From contig OZ076409.1 of the NCBI GenBank assembly GCA_964187785.1, forward strand, positions 21,702,001-21,766,000: DNA of 64,000 nucleotides. Reading direction: 5' to 3'. The position numbers were made by a program, and so were the translations under genes. This document shows positions 50,414 through 64,000 of the stretch, piece by piece. The notes beneath the pieces were generated by a model. That model ran no database searches. It worked only from the letters and a program-made list of their open reading frames with translations, and had not been told where the DNA came from. Position 1 is the stretch's first letter; every line of letters begins with the position of its first letter. Source of the DNA: Amphiscolops sp. MND2022 (lineage: Eukaryota).

Positions 50414-50906
50414 CAATGAGACTGTTCAAAATTCTCATTTTTCGTTGTTTTTTCTCGAAACTTTTTCTGTCTCCAAAGGGTCCCCCTTTCAATTTTTTGA
50501 TATTTTGCAACTGAATGTATGTTAAGAAATCCAAAAGGGTCCCCCTTTTACATTTTGGGGACCGAAACGAAGGTCTGAGGAATAAGATCTAAAGAGTTTT
50601 CGTAACTAAGATCTTAAGAACTGAGATCTAAAAAGCATCCACCGTAACTAAGGTCTAAAATGCGAAGGACATATTTACTAGATCATCAAAAACAAACAAA
50701 AAAGAAAATTCAATACACAGGGACTTTCTGGAAGCCAAAATACCATAAGGTGGGGGCATTGGCTGTGTATGCACGCTCGCCCTCGCGGTCGCAAAGACCA
50801 GCTCCCACTACGATCGCTTCGCGATCTCCGTTCCCTCTAGGTCTTTGCTCCTCTTCGACCTCGCTTAGCATGATGGGAACAAAAGCGGCCCAAAAGAGGC
50901 CGCGGT

Positions 50907-51255
50907 GGGTGGCTGTAAATAGGTCGAATTTTTCTGGTCGAAAGGACAGATATCGAACCTTTTGATCGAATTGTAGGGATCGAATGGAATGCGGTCGAAT
51001 TTTATCGTATTTGTTGTATGGCTCGGTCACTTCGTTCCCTTCGCCAAGTAGCAACATTGAGGCATGGCCATATGGCACGTCGCTCCGCTTCGCTTCGCTC
51101 CTGCATTCAGGGCACTGGGGGTATGTGAACATATCTGACTACGTTATAAAAATTTCGATCCGAGTTGTTTCGATCCCTTTCAAAAATTTGGTATGTTGAC
51201 CTGAGTACTAACTTTGATTTTCGATCCCGTTCCTTCGACCTATTTCCGCCCACCC
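50907..51255. mobile_element. Mutator-like MITE (same GGTCGAA family as 49316-49561)
   Basis: 8-9-bp TSD GCCGCGGT(G) at 50899 and 51256; IR GGGTGG...AAATAGGTCGAA / TTCGACCTATTT...CCACCC. Confidence 0.75.
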
Positions 51256-51293
51256 GCCGCGGTGCCCTAGAGGAAATGGGGACATTTCCGAGG

Positions 51294-51826
51294 GGATTCC
51301 GGACGTTTCGGCAAGAGACGTTTCGGCAAAAACATCGCGGCGGACGTTTTGGCAAAAAAATACGCCGAACCTTCTCAGGCTGAAGACATTCGACGAAACG
51401 TTTCCTATGATATGTGGGGCATATCCGGAGTATGCACGACCGCCCTCACCGTCGCAAAGACCAGCTCCCCCTACGATCGCTTCGCGATCTTCGTTCCCGC
51501 TAGGTCTTTGCTCCTGTTCGACCTCGCTTAGCAAGATGAGAATAAAATCGGCCCCAAGGGTCCGCGGGGCCCTACAGGAAATGGGGACATATTTGAGGCA
51601 CGTTTTATGCTTTGCATCATTCCTACCTTAATGGTTTTATCGTTTTTCTTCAATTCCAGAATTCTACAAACTGGTATTCTACAAGCTGGACCTAACCAGT
51701 TTGTAGAAAACCAAAAACAAAACCAAGATAATACGGTTCGTTTCGGCATGAAAATATTGCCGAAACGTCTCGAGTTTTTTCCCGAAACGTCTTTGCCGAA
51801 ACGTCTTTGCCGAAACGTCCTGTACC
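51294..51826. mobile_element. Mutator-like MITE with GACGTTTCGGC / GCCGAAACGTC subterminal repeats
   Basis: Mirror-image 11-mer arrays at both ends; flanking TCCGAGG direct repeat. Confidence 0.7.
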
Positions 51827-52607
51827 CATCCGAGGCACGTTTTATGTTTTTTTTCTCACTCCACAGTTAGTTACGTTGTAGGAGTTGGCTTTCTCTAAAC
51901 CTTAGTTACGAAAAATGACATTTAAATCTTAGTTCTTCATATCTTAGGGACAGAGGTGCGTTTCGATCTTTTTCCTGAGATCGTAGTTTGTGCCCACTTA
52001 CATTTTTTGACACTGTGTGACATTTTTGGAAAACAAAGTTCAAAAATTTCAAGTGTTTTTCAAAAAAATTGTTTTGCGCTATTTGGGGGATTCCCAAAGC
52101 ATCGAATATTCAAATCGTCGAAAATTTTGCAAGCTATTCATCGCGTCAAAAAGTAATTAATAAACGTTTCTGATTGGTTGAAAATTGAACTGTGAAGATT
52201 TTAATTGTTTGAAATTGTGTGCTACACAGCAGCGAACAAATTACGATAACGTAGTCAGCTACGGTCACATACTCCTAGTGCCCTAAATGCCCTCAATTTG
52301 GCAAATTGGCGAAGGGAGCGAAGCAATTGAGCCATACTTTAGATTTGCTAACCTCTTCAAATAATCATCTGAAATTAATCGCTGATATGGAATTTTTCGA
52401 CGAGATGAATAGGTAACTTCAATTTCGACGCCCTGATTACTTTTGTTCAATTTCGACTCAATGAACAGCCTCCGCGCTATTTGAGCCTTAGATATATCGC
52501 CGACTTTAGAAGTTCTCGTCTTGTTTATTTACTTTGACTCAAATATCGTGAATCTTCGTGATCAATTAAATGACATGTGCGTCATGATATTGGGGGGTCA
52601 ATGTTAC

Positions 52608-55600
52608 ATATATATATATATATATATATCTGTTATTTATAAGGTTTCGAAAAAAATGCCTCTATTTGCATCAATCGTTCTGTCGATTCTATTGGAGGGA
52701 ATTCTAGCATTATTGTTCTCAGTCGGCGGTTCCATAATTCGAGTATATACTATTCACAGATTTGTTTGTGTGTTTTTCACACGGAGGGGTACCTGAAAAG
52801 CTGGCAAAACCTCGGAAGCTGGATTGTAGTGACCTCGATATTTTGCTATGGGAGTCTGATAAGGCTCTTGAACACTGGTCAGGGAAAAACTGTTCTAATG
52901 AGCGAATTTAGTTTAGGATAAATGAATCTCAAGACCATGTGAGCTCGTGTTTGTATTTGGTCTTTGAACATTTCGATAACATACTGTACCATAAGCTGCT
53001 TGTTCGGAATGCAATAGGATTGGCCCACACGGATCAAAACGTAATTCAGAAGCTTCAAAAAGGTAGAAGGCGTGATGAATTGAATCAGTACAAGAGGTTC
53101 CAAAGCTCCATTGGCCTTGTCTGTTTTTCTCAAGCATTACTAGATTTGTGCTCGAAACTTCAATTTGTTATCTAATGTGACACCGGGCGCTGTTGACTTT
53201 GTCGCGAATTTTATCGTGCTTCCTTGCAATACTATCTTCTTTGTAGATTCTTGGATTTCTTCACAGACACTTGAAAAGATAACAACTTCTGTTTCTTGGA
53301 ACATGAGAATTTACGACGCTACTTTCCAATCCATTTTGTGATTTCCTCGCAATCTTTTTGGAGATTCGAAAGAGCTTCTTCCATCGAGTCTTCTGCTGAA
53401 GAATGCGTGGCGTCATCGACGTACTTTTCAGTATTACCTTTTCATTCTTGGAATATGTCTCCACTGTAAAAGAAAAATAAAATTGGAGAAAAAACGCTTC
53501 CTCGAGGGATTCCTACTTTTGGCTTGAAGCTTTCGATGTAAACGCTTCTGTTTCGGAGATAATGGTCAAGGATGTTCAGAATATAGCTGTTTGTTCCTGC
53601 TTCATGGTGTTTAGACATGTGACCGTCAATACAAATCGAGTCGAATGTTTTCCCGAGGTCAATGCAAAAGGCAGCCGCTACTTTTCCTTGCCCCATAACT
53701 TTATGAATATTGTCTATGAGTTTGTAAATGCATCTACCTGTGCCTCTCCGCTTTCTGAATCCTTCTTGGTTGTGATCAATCAGCGCTGTTAAGTTCCAAG
53801 TCAAGTCTCAACTGTCTCTCAATTATGCATTCGAACAGTTTTCCTACGTAGGAAGTGAGTGTAAATGGACTGTAACTGTTTGCGATTTTATAGTCTTCTT
53901 CGTAAGGTTTTCGGAGGAAAACTCCTTTACCTAAATTCCAAATGTGAGTGCCTGCATATTAAGAGAGGTCAAAACAAAAAGCTTGAGACTGGGAATTTTG
54001 AAAAAGGTTCCAGGGTGACGAAGCACGAGTGGATGTATGTCATCTGGATCGGAGGATTTCTTGTTTGTTTGTTTGAGATTCTTTCAAAATGTTGTCAAGC
54101 TCTTCTTCGCTTATTTGTGAGCTCAGTAGTTGCACATAGTCCTGATGGAGAGTTGCCGTGAGTTTCTCTTCGACATTTCTCAGCCAAGATTCGCCAAACA
54201 TATTTCTGTGAATGTGGCCATCGAAAAGAACCGTAGAGCGAAGATGTTCAAATTAATCAGCTTTACTGTTTAGGATTTTGCTATTTGAAATATGATATCC
54301 CCTTGGCATTGACTCTCTGGTCCGAGTAAGTTTTTTTTTGCTTTCCGGAAATCTGAGCCCTTGTTGACGTTTAGGGTTTCTGCACACTTTTTATAACGCT
54401 CAGCTTTAGATTTCATCAAAGTAGTATGAAATTATTGTTTGAGGGCTTCATAAATGAAGGTGTTTATGGTGTCCGATCTGAGTTTCATTATTTTTTTGAC
54501 GTTTTTGAGTTGAAATGAAAGCGTTTTCAATTATTTTTTAAAGTATGGCTTTGAGTGTGAAGTGATTTGCTGGAGAGGTTGTCTGCTTCACTGATACATT
54601 GCATCAAGATGCCCCAAAAACATAAGCATCACAGCATTCGTCAATTTCAAGCCATCGCGATTAAACGCATTTTTCTGGGGTTCACCTCCATTTGTCCTTA
54701 TAGTTTTTAAGTTTTTCACACAAGTGGATATGCTGTTTCCTGGGATATCGAATGTGGCAAAATCTGGATATTGGCTTCTGTTTGATTGTCCGGTGAATAT
54801 TTCAGTGTAATAGTCCAATGCAAGGCTGCATGCGTGTGTAGATTGGCGATGCATATAACCAAGCCGATTACGTTTTTTCCATTCAAGCAGGGGAATGTGG
54901 GCTGCCCATCATTAAGAGCTATGAGGCTTTCTTGTTGTAGGAAGTAGTTCAATTATTCCCCTTGTGCATTGATTTTGTCGCCCCAGCTATGATGATTGAA
55001 TCGAAGTCGCCAAGAAGAAAACTGGTCACGCTTATATCTTTTCATTTTTTATTGCTGAACTAATTTCACAGAGAACTCTTTTCATTTCTTCTATACTAAC
55101 TGGACAGCAGTAAAACCCTTGTACTAGAATGCTTTTCTTCAAAACGTTACAAATTGAACAAGTAGAAAGCTGCACTTCGATTTCAAAATTGAAAACGTTC
55201 TACTTGATGTTGTTATCGAGAGGTAACAGAACTCCCTTTGATTGACCAGGTTTTGTGGAGGAATCGTTTGGTTTCGTCAAATATCCAAGAAAGTCCGGTA
55301 GTTCTGCATTTTGTTACTTCGTCTCATTGACGAAAGAGAAACGCACTTCATTTGCTAACATATATTGGTAGACAGTTTCATAGGAACGTTTTGGAAGTCC
55401 ATCCATTTTAATCGTCGTCGGTTTTAATTATTTGTGCTGTGGTTAGAGTACTTGGTGGTCAGTCACTTTGATCTATTATGATTGAGTTTGGCAAACCAGC
55501 TTGGTATCGGTAATTGCTTTCGAGAAAATAGTTCTTCTAATCCCTCTTGTTTGACTGGGCAGTACCTGGAAACTGCAGCGTGACTTCCGTTACATTTTTC

Positions 55601-56890
55601 TTTCACTTTTCGTTTCTCCTGTTGGTACAGTTCTTGTGATTGTGGCCGTTTTGAGAACAAATGCTACACTATTTGTCCTCGATTTGCAGAAACCCGAAAT
55701 ATGCCCAAACCTGACACATTTGAAACAATATACAACCTTGGGTGGGCGGTATTCAGTCTCTGGTTGAATCCAGAGATTACCATTGCACACTCCACACTTA
55801 AGCGCATATTCCATTGTTCTTTATTTTCGAGTGTTATTTTCATCAGTTTCAGTGGGGTATTGTCTTTTCGTTTCACGCGGGTTACGATAATTGTTGGGAT
55901 TTGTTTTGAAATTTCCCCCTGTAAATCCTTTCATCTACACCCCTTTCGCCAACACCCGCATCTGGTATATGATCTGGTTCTGGTACGCCTTTGAGGATGA
56001 GTTTGAGTGCTTTCTTGGCTTTCTTTTCTCTGCACTCAGAGCCTCCAAAAGGGCTTTCTGGCGAAATTTGAATTATTTCCTTGTCATTGTTTTCATTTTT
56101 TGTTTCTACTCTTTTAAGTCCATCAGCAGTTTTCATAGTGTGCATGAATTTAGGTCGTGGAAAGTAGTGACGGAGTGCGGTTTTAATGCTGCTCGAGTCT
56201 CGTGCGTCATTGAGATTCCTGATTTTTTTTCACAACAAAGGAACTTTTGGCGTCCTGTGTCTTGTTCACAGGGCTGCCTCGTTCAAGACAAATTGGGCGC
56301 TTGTTTGACCCGTTCAGCGTGAGTGGCGTTCGTTTTTACTGTTTCCTGCATGAAAACTATTCTGGGTGCCATTGTTTTTGACAGATTGTCGATACTGCTT
56401 TTGACCTCTGATAAAGTGTTCTTCACTTTCTTGTGCGAGATGCAGTCATTACATCGATAGAATAAATTTGGAATTTTCAAGATAGTGATTGTGAGGCCAA
56501 GAAAGAAACATTTGGCGTGGGCCCAGTTTTCACAGCTGTCACAGAAAACGCCTTCAGAGACTTCATTTTCGCAGACATTGCATAGGACGGGTTTTGATTG
56601 ATTTCCGGACTGCGACTTGGCTTTTTTGTAATGGCATTTTTGAATTGGCCGGTCAGAGAGTTTGAAAAATAGAGTTGTTGAGTTCACTGGCGTGAAACCA
56701 ATGGTATATTGAAAGGTGAGGGACACCTGCGAAACCAAACTTTTCGAGGTGTAAAACCAATAAACACTTTCGATTTTGTGAAAGGAGCTGAAAATGGTTT
56801 AGTTCCCTGCGGGTGACACAGCTGATTTGATAAATGAGGGTCCAGATCGGGCCGCCGGTTTCTGAAAACCCTTTCGCAAGGGACACCCAA
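52608..56890 (-). mobile_element. Degenerate near full-length I/Jockey-group LINE: ORF1 PHD + CCHC knuckles, ORF2 APE-RT; (TA)n tail
   Basis: CNVC...FCDSCENWAHAKC; CFKCVRFGHISGFC; CNGSHAAVSRYCP; ALNDGQPTF; QEGFRKRRGT, CIDLGKTFDSI, GIPRGSVFSPILF; many stops and frameshifts. Confidence 0.8.
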
Positions 56891-58139
56891 AAGATCATGC
56901 TCTACACCCGAAAAACAATTTATTCACAGAAGTTTGTCACAACAATTAGGCTCAGCAGGGGGAGAGAACAATAATTAGAGGATAGGGTTATCTCATTGGT
57001 CTGCAACGAAAGGAGGAAACCCCATACCAGCCACATTCCCAGTAGACTGGCTTTGCGAGTGTTTCACTGGCTTAAGTGAATTTCTAACAAGATGCGCATT
57101 GCACTGTTTGTACATATTGTTTATACCTTATGCTGATAGCCAGCTGAGTACTCGAGATATCATCGAAGTTCACGTTACACACTTTGGAAAGCCCGCTGCG
57201 TACGGTTTTGTCATACTTTTTCAAGAGAGCTGGATGATTTAAACATGTACTGGTTCACAAGATGTACAACATGTTTGGCAGACTGAAGCTTTTTTTCAAC
57301 ATAAAGAAACCATGATGAGCAAGCATTTTTCAAACAAATTCAATAGTTTTCCCAGTTAATTAGTTTCTTTTTCAATACGTCTGATTACAATTTCGGGTCG
57401 AGCGGTGAACCAAGAATGATAAGTTGATCTTTCATTGCTGTTTTGATTAGGCGGCGGTTTCAGGGAAGTTGCTGATATTCTCGATTGTTGTTTTTCAGTG
57501 ATGTCACCAAGATAAAAATCATTTTTTGTGGGTTCAATTTGGGATCGCAGCGTTTTTTTTCTTTTCAACAGTTTTTTGAAAACTTTCAAAACTGTTCGCT
57601 AATCATCACTTAATTTTCTATAGTCGAGGTACCGTAAGTTCTTTTTCGACTCCAAACTGTCAATCAGATCCTAAATGGAATCCAAAACCAAAACGGGAGT
57701 CTCTGGATGTCCTTGCTGGGCACGTTCACAACATTTGGTTACAGAACCACACTAAAAAGGAAACTTGGTTGACTCTACACGATTGTGAGTACTTAAAAAC
57801 TATAAGGTGTAATTGAAAAAATTTGTCGAGCATGAAATGTCGGTTTATTGAATTGAAAGCGTTTTCCAGCCAGTTTTCAAGATGTTTAGAACCAAACGTT
57901 TTGTTTAGTGAATGGTATGACACTTTACTGGAAAATAAAGATGATAACATAGACTGCAATGTATCTTTCTTTGCAAGTGTTGTAACTTGGTTGTGATCTT
58001 GATATTTTATCTTGGTTGCAAGGTCAACGAATCTGGACGACTGATCGACAACCAATTCGTCGCCAAAACCAAATAGACGATTGGTTGACAAATTTGTTGA
58101 CCAACCGTCCAAAATTGAAACACATACATATAATCCCTG

Positions 58140-60000
58140 TATAAAATCCCCTAATTGCGGGACAATGTTAATAATAGCAGTTCAAGACTGTAAATGTTCA
58201 ACTTATTTGCATTCAAAATGTAGTTCCTGAGTTTTTCACAATCATTCTTCATCATTAGATTTAACCTCGTTACGCCTTTAATCTCATTATATAGTGGGCA
58301 GCAGACAAAAAAGCGATAAACATTGCCCTCAGACTTTCCACATGTACACATTGGTGACTTGCATTTCCACATCTTTCAGGCATATCCGGAAAAAGCAAAA
58401 AATTCCCAGAAAATTCTTCACAGGATTTATTTGCGAAGTAAGGGCCTCCATATATCAACGGGCAACAGGTGTTCTTCTGTGGTTGTGTGTTATGTAGATG
58501 CTGCATGAGCCCTTTGTTCTGTTAGCGTAAGCTCCGTCTCTTGATCCAATTATGTTCGACGGTATGGTTTATTTCTTGTTTGCTGTATTCAATCAGTTTT
58601 GTCGCCAGGGAACGTTCTAAAATTAAAGAGTTTGCTTTCCAATGCTGCGATTTACTTCTATCGTATCTGAAGAGTGAGTGTGTAATACTCACCAATTCCT
58701 TGGCTTTTATGATCTTGATAACAATTTTAACTTCGATGGCATCATTGTACAGCTCAGTTGAAGGAACTTCCAACAACGTTTCTCTTGTACTGACGGAAGG
58801 GGTGAAGCTTTTTCGAAAGACTGTTTTGATGCAATGATTATGTACTCTTGGCATTGCATTTCTTTTATTCTCGAACCTTATTGCATATTGCAGATGCATA
58901 AAAAAGTTGTGGGACAATAAACGTCTTGCATAGGAGAACCAATGCAGGGATTACCAAAATCCATTTACATCTCAAGACTCTTCGGGCATTATCCCAGCTG
59001 CGTGTAGTATTTTACAGACTCTTTCAGTGTGATGTTTATAACTCAGCTTATCATCAATCAACAGACCGAAAGACTTTGTGACTCTTGTGATTGCGCATTC
59101 TTCATTGTTCAGGATAGGCGGAGAGCTGTTTACTTTGAAAGTTCAATACTATTATTTTTGTTTCAAAACCAGTCACACCCTTTATTCCACCACTTTTTGA
59201 TTCCCCTGCAAGATATGTCAAATTGTTTTAGAGGTGTCGCTTTCATTACTGCCTTGAATCAGAATAGCACTGTCGTCAGCGAGTTTGCAGTAACAAGGTT
59301 CCTCACTTAAAAAGTCGTTCAGAAAGCTTACATATTTCAAACAGTAGTGGTAACAGGAAACTACCTTGAGGGACACCTATGTCTATTTTAAAAGCAGGTG
59401 AAAGGTAGTCTGAAAGCTAAATGATCGCCTCTCGGTTCTGTAAGAAGGTTCGTATGATGGAGAACATTTTTTCATTCGCATGATAATGTCTGATCTTATA
59501 TAGTAAGCCATCACTCTACACACTGTCGAAGGCTTTTTCTAGGTCAATGTTGAATAACGCACACGGTGTTTTTGTTGTTCTAGAGTGTTCTAGGTTGAGA
59601 TGTAGTCTGTTTAAAGATCTGACAGTGTTTCGTTTGCTTCTGACAACTTCTTGTTTGTCCACACATTGTTGGTTTCTAGAAAAAGGTTTAGTCTATTGCA
59701 CAGCATACGCTCAAAAAGTTTGCCAAAATGACTAGCAATGGATTACGGCTTACTGCTGGAGCAGTCGTCATACCTGACTTTCTTGGTTTCCTGATAAACA
59801 CTGACCTAATGACACTTATTAACTAGGTCTGAGACTGCTCCTGGCCTATCTGCTCAATGAATTGTTGTAAGACCGGAAAATTAACTTACCTCCTCGGATG
59901 GTTCCTGTGACCAGCATTGAATGTGATATGGAATTTATCATCGGAGCAAGTTCACTGAGGAATACAATCAAAACGCTTCCGTATCAAGAAAAGAGAATGG
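58140..60000 (-). mobile_element. Degenerate LINE 3' half (RT remnant and C-terminal CxC...C zinc-finger-like motif)
   Basis: IDLEKAFDSV-like (~59520-59550), GVPQG-like (~59365-59380) and SPMCTCGKSEG...CCPLY; heavily interrupted. Confidence 0.6.
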
Positions 60001-60463
60001 ACTTTGCTACTACGAGGGTGGATTGAGTTTCATGTCGAGAAACTTCAATCCAAGAAAGGTACTGCAGCCGCTGCTAAATGAAAAAAGCCTCTTCAGACAG
60101 CAAAAACTAGTGATTTGGCACGACCTCATCAAAACCCCGTAACCTTTTTCCATGTTTTCCCCCTGCCCTACCCATGATTTGCCAAAGATCCTCGAAGCGT
60201 ACAAGAAAAGCATCGCTGCAATAATGTACATTCGAAGATTCGGCACCCCCGAAACCTTACTGTTTTTGCGAAGCACTGGGGTAGTCATGATAGACGTTTC
60301 CAAGCAACTCATTTGTCTTAGAACAGGAATGACGATTCTCTCAATGACAACTTGAGAGATATCCATCTAAAAGAAATAAAACGAAGCGCGTATCCTAAGG
60401 CGCTCCGGACCAATTTATCAAAACTCGAGAACTTCGGGTCTGAACAGTTCATAAACAAAAACA

Positions 60464-62797
60464 AGGAAGCAATCGTCGGAAAAACAGCGGAAAAAAACCG
60501 TGAAATAACATTCTATAGGTAAGCATTTGGTTTAAATTGGGAATTCTAAATCCTTCGATGGTGAGAAGGCTCTTGTTGAATTTGGGGATTTTTTGGAAAT
60601 ACCTGACAAGCAAGAAATCAAATGACATCAGTCAATTCATGTGGCGAATGCAAGAATGAATGTAAAGATGCATGCCTATTATGAACACTTTGCGGCGCTT
60701 GGTAACAAGCAGGAAACTGTTTTGGAGTACCAAACATCATATTAACAACTATCAAAAACATCAGTGGATTGATTTGGCTGTGCGTGAGTTGTGAAGTGCA
60801 AGGTAAAAAGAACCTGAGATCTGAATGGAATCTGGATTCGGCTGTTGAATCGAAAGTTGACGAAATCAAAAGAAAGATAGCTGCTAGTTCTGACTCATTG
60901 ACGGAGATGTCAGATGCAATCAAATTAACAGAAGGAAATGAAACTAGATTCGATGCGATTCTGTTCTGAAAAAAAAACTGTTTGAGACCCTTGTCAAGCA
61001 GAAGGAAATCCCTGGAAATTGAAAGCATCTTGGTCGAAACAACCGAACACCAAACCTAACAATCTGAAACTGCTGATGAAAAAAACAGTGGAGCAACAGG
61101 AGAAAGAAAAACTTAAGAACGAGAAACGGTAAGCAAGTTCGGTCCAATTTAGAGTACCTGAAAGTAAGAAAATCATCTCGAAAGAATGACAGTAGCTTGC
61201 CTTGGTATTTTTAGCGAATATTGTTGTAATGGACTCAAATGTGGTGACATCTGTCAGAACTGCAACTATACTGGGAGAACCTGCAGAAAAAAGTAACGAC
61301 AGCGTGAAGCATAGAAACTTATACTAGAAGACAAGGTTACAAAGGCGAGCATCTTCAGTCTCTTGAAAAATATAGAGAAGCAGATTGTCGTTTCAGAAAC
61401 GTTAGTGTCTGCTGGCATGACTACTCGGAAGAATCTCGAGAGATAATGAAAGAAAGCATTAACGCAACGAAAGAGAAAAATAGTAAACATGGAAATGCAT
61501 GTTTGTTTCGTACGAGGACCGCCGTCCCACTTAGAGTTGCAACGGAAAAAAGCATTCAATACCATCGGAGACTGAAGGAGGGCAAGAACTGATTACGTAC
61601 TTCATTGAATGCGCTCCTGTACAAGAGTCGAGGAAGCAATCGTCGGAAAAACAGCGGAAAAAAACCGTGAAATAACATTCTATAGGTAAGCATTTGGTTT
61701 AAATTGGGAATTCTAAATCCTTCGATGGTGAGAAGGCTCTTGTTGAATTTGGGGATTTTTTGGAAATACCTGACAAGCAAGAAATCAAATGACATCAGTC
61801 AATTCATGTGGCGAATGCAAGAATGAATGTAAAGATGCATGCCTATTATGAACACTTTGCGGCGCTTGGTAACAAGCAGGAAACTGTTTTGGAGTACCAA
61901 ACATCATATTAACAACTATCAAAAACATCAGTGGATTGATTTGGCTGTGCGTGAGTTGTGAAGTGCAAGGTAAAAAGAACCTGAGATCTGAATGGAATCT
62001 GGATTCGGCTGTTGAATCGAAAGTTGACGAAATCAAAAGAAAGATAGCTGCTAGTTCTGACTCATTGACGGAGATGTCAGATGCAATCAAATTAACAGAA
62101 GGAAATGAAACTAGATTCGATGCGATTCTGTTCTGAAAAAAAAACTGTTTGAGACCCTTGTCAAGCAGAAGGAAATCCCTGGAAATTGAAAGCATCTTGG
62201 TCGAAACAACCGAACACCAAACCTAACAATCTGAAACTGCTGATGAAAAAAACAGTGGAGCAACAGGAGAAAGAAAAACTTAAGAACGAGAAACGGTAAG
62301 CAAGTTCGGTCCAATTTAGAGTACCTGAAAGTAAGAAAATCATCTCGAAAGAATGACAGTAGCTTGCCTTGGTATTTTTAGCGAATATTGTTGTAATGGA
62401 CTCAAATGTGGTGACATCTGTCAGAACTGCAACTATACTGGGAGAACCTGCAGAAAAAAGTAACGACAGCGTGAAGCATAGAAACTTATACTAGAAGACA
62501 AGGTTACAAAGGCGAGCATCTTCAGTCTCTTGAAAAATATAGAGAAGCAGATTGTCGTTTCAGAAACGTTAGTGTCTGCTGGCATGACTACTCGGAAGAA
62601 TCTCGAGAGATAATGAAAGAAAGCATTAACGCAACGAAAGAGAAAAATAGTAAACATGGAAATGCATGTTTGTTTCGTACGAGGACCGCCGTCCCACTTA
62701 GAGTTGCAACGGAAAAAAGCATTCAATACCATCGGAGACTGAAGGAGGGCAAGAACTGATTACGTACTTCATTGAATGCGCTCCTGTACAAGAGTCG
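60464..62797. repeat. Apparently perfect 1167-bp tandem duplication (60464-61630 / 61631-62797)
   Basis: All ORF-track peptides recur identically at +1167; junction GTCG|AGGAAGC. Confidence 0.92.
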
Positions 62798-64000
62798 AAG
62801 CTTGATCAACCGTGAAAAAGTTTGCTGACTTTGTGCAAAAACACAACTATGATTTGATAATACTTACTGAGACTTGGCTTACGAGGAACATCGGAAACTC
62901 GGAACATTTCCTGACTCTCTAATCTTATTGGTGCTGATAGACAAATTGCAAATAAAGCGGAGACATCGAAGGACAGTATTTGCCTTTTATCTGTAGAAAC
63001 ATCTTTACCTTACACGGAGGTGAACTTAAATGGATTACCTGGAAGACTTCAGGAAACGCTAGTGATAGATAAACTGGAACAGGAAGCTCCTCTATACACA
63101 GCCTTGCTGTACAACCTTCAAAGAGGAAGCCCATGTCGACTATAAACTACTCAAATAGATGGTCTCTTAGGTTTGCTTAAAACAATAATTAACGGAAATC
63201 TCATATTAGATGGGGCCCATAATAATCCCATATTCTCATATTAATCTGGGATTTCATTGTAGTAGATACCGAAAGGGATACATATAGCTCACTTGACTGC
63301 TAAGAAAATTATTGTGTTTCCAAAGCTGTCTTCCTGCCTGGACATAGTATTCTGCCGGGAGGATTCAAACATCATCGCGATAGAGAAAAAGAGGACAAGC
63401 CTCCGTTTTCAAATCACTTCCCTGTATTAATCGAACTGAGCAGCTGTACTGAAGTAATAAAACCCGCATTCAAATAATTCTATAGCTACTGCAATTGTGA
63501 CTACGAGAACATGAATGCACTGATACGAATGCACCCTCTCGAACCTTATCACTATAACAACGTTGATGTGACTTGTACACTTTGGTATGAATGGATTCAT
63601 AAGTTGCTTGAACCGAACACTCCTGTTAGAACGCGCAAAGGGCAACTGCATCCGCTTGGATTACATCGGAGACATCCCATTGTCCCAATAAACTCGACAC
63701 TTCGAAGAAAGGCGTTTCGAAAAATTGTGCAAAAACCTAAAGCGCGCACTCAGTTGGAAAAGAAATGCAAAGAAATGCAATCAGCTGATTGTGCAGGGCA
63801 TGAGGGCAAACTCTTTGCATCTCGAGACATTTTAAAAAACTACAAGTATTTGTAAAGTTTCTGAAAAGATCCAATACCTACAAAAATAGAATGGCTGGAA
63901 GTGAAAGTGAGTGTTGTCGAGGATTGAAAGCGGGCTGAATTGTTCAATAAATACTTCACGTCAATAGTCACAGAAAATGACTACAGAACGTTCGAACCTA
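60464..64000 (+). mobile_element. Degenerate CR1-group LINE (PHD ORF1 duplicated, APE remnant from ~62790, runs off the window)
   Basis: CGECKNEC...IWLCVSC PHD remnant; YDLIILTETWL endonuclease motif; AELFNKYFTS at the window end. Confidence 0.7.

Larger units (their letters stand above)
50557..51997. mobile_element. Mutator-like non-autonomous element hosting two further insertions
   Basis: 9-bp TSD TTACATTTT (50548-50556, 51998-52006); imperfect IR with AACTAAG / CTTAGTT subterminal repeats. Confidence 0.7.
49000..52525 (+). mobile_element. Family A-related element fragmented by nested LINE and Mutator-like insertions
   Basis: AAGGGTCCCC motifs resume after each insert; terminus CGCCGACTTTAGAAGTTCTCGTCTTGTT at 52525. 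Boundaries are approximate. Confidence 0.55.

Noticed and set aside
57356..58112. Short minus-strand ORFs between the two degenerate LINEs
   Set aside because: No motif, splice or terminal structure identified.
60010..60420. Protein-like plus-strand fragment (KLVIWHDLIK...AIMYIRRFGTP)
   Set aside because: Interrupted and unassignable; probably a TE remnant, but no family can be supported without a search.

Overview
AT-rich, repeat-dense eukaryotic (metazoan-type, GT-AG intron) DNA; the species cannot be assigned from sequence alone. Four spliced host genes are reconstructable, all on the minus strand: (1) a SPOP-like MATH-BTB adaptor (4 exons, 23759-6110, ~370 aa) whose second intron is inflated by a ~3.1-3.75 kb tandem array carrying three internally deleted but in-frame, splice-site-intact copies of exon 2; (2) a MATH + coiled-coil gene (32616-31207); (3) TMCO3, a CPA2-type cation/H+ antiporter (45193-35254, ~670 aa); and (4) eIF2-alpha/EIF2S1 (47362-45469, ~342 aa). 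The eIF2-alpha stop lies only ~275 bp upstream of the TMCO3 ATG, with an AATAAA followed ~95 nt later by an unpaired splice acceptor, an operon/trans-splicing-like layout. The rest is mobile DNA: two abutting CGGBP1-like/hAT transposons with resolvable 8-bp TSDs, at least four families of Helentron-type non-autonomous elements (HINE/DINE-like, two carrying tRNA-like Pol III boxes), CR1/L2 and I-group LINEs, piggyBac-, Tc1/pogo- and Mutator-like MITEs (deeply nested), and an apparently perfect 1167-bp tandem duplication. The most notable candidates are the cassette-exon array, the putative eIF2a-TMCO3 operon and the eIF2a Ser48->Gly change. None is proven without RNA data or database searches.
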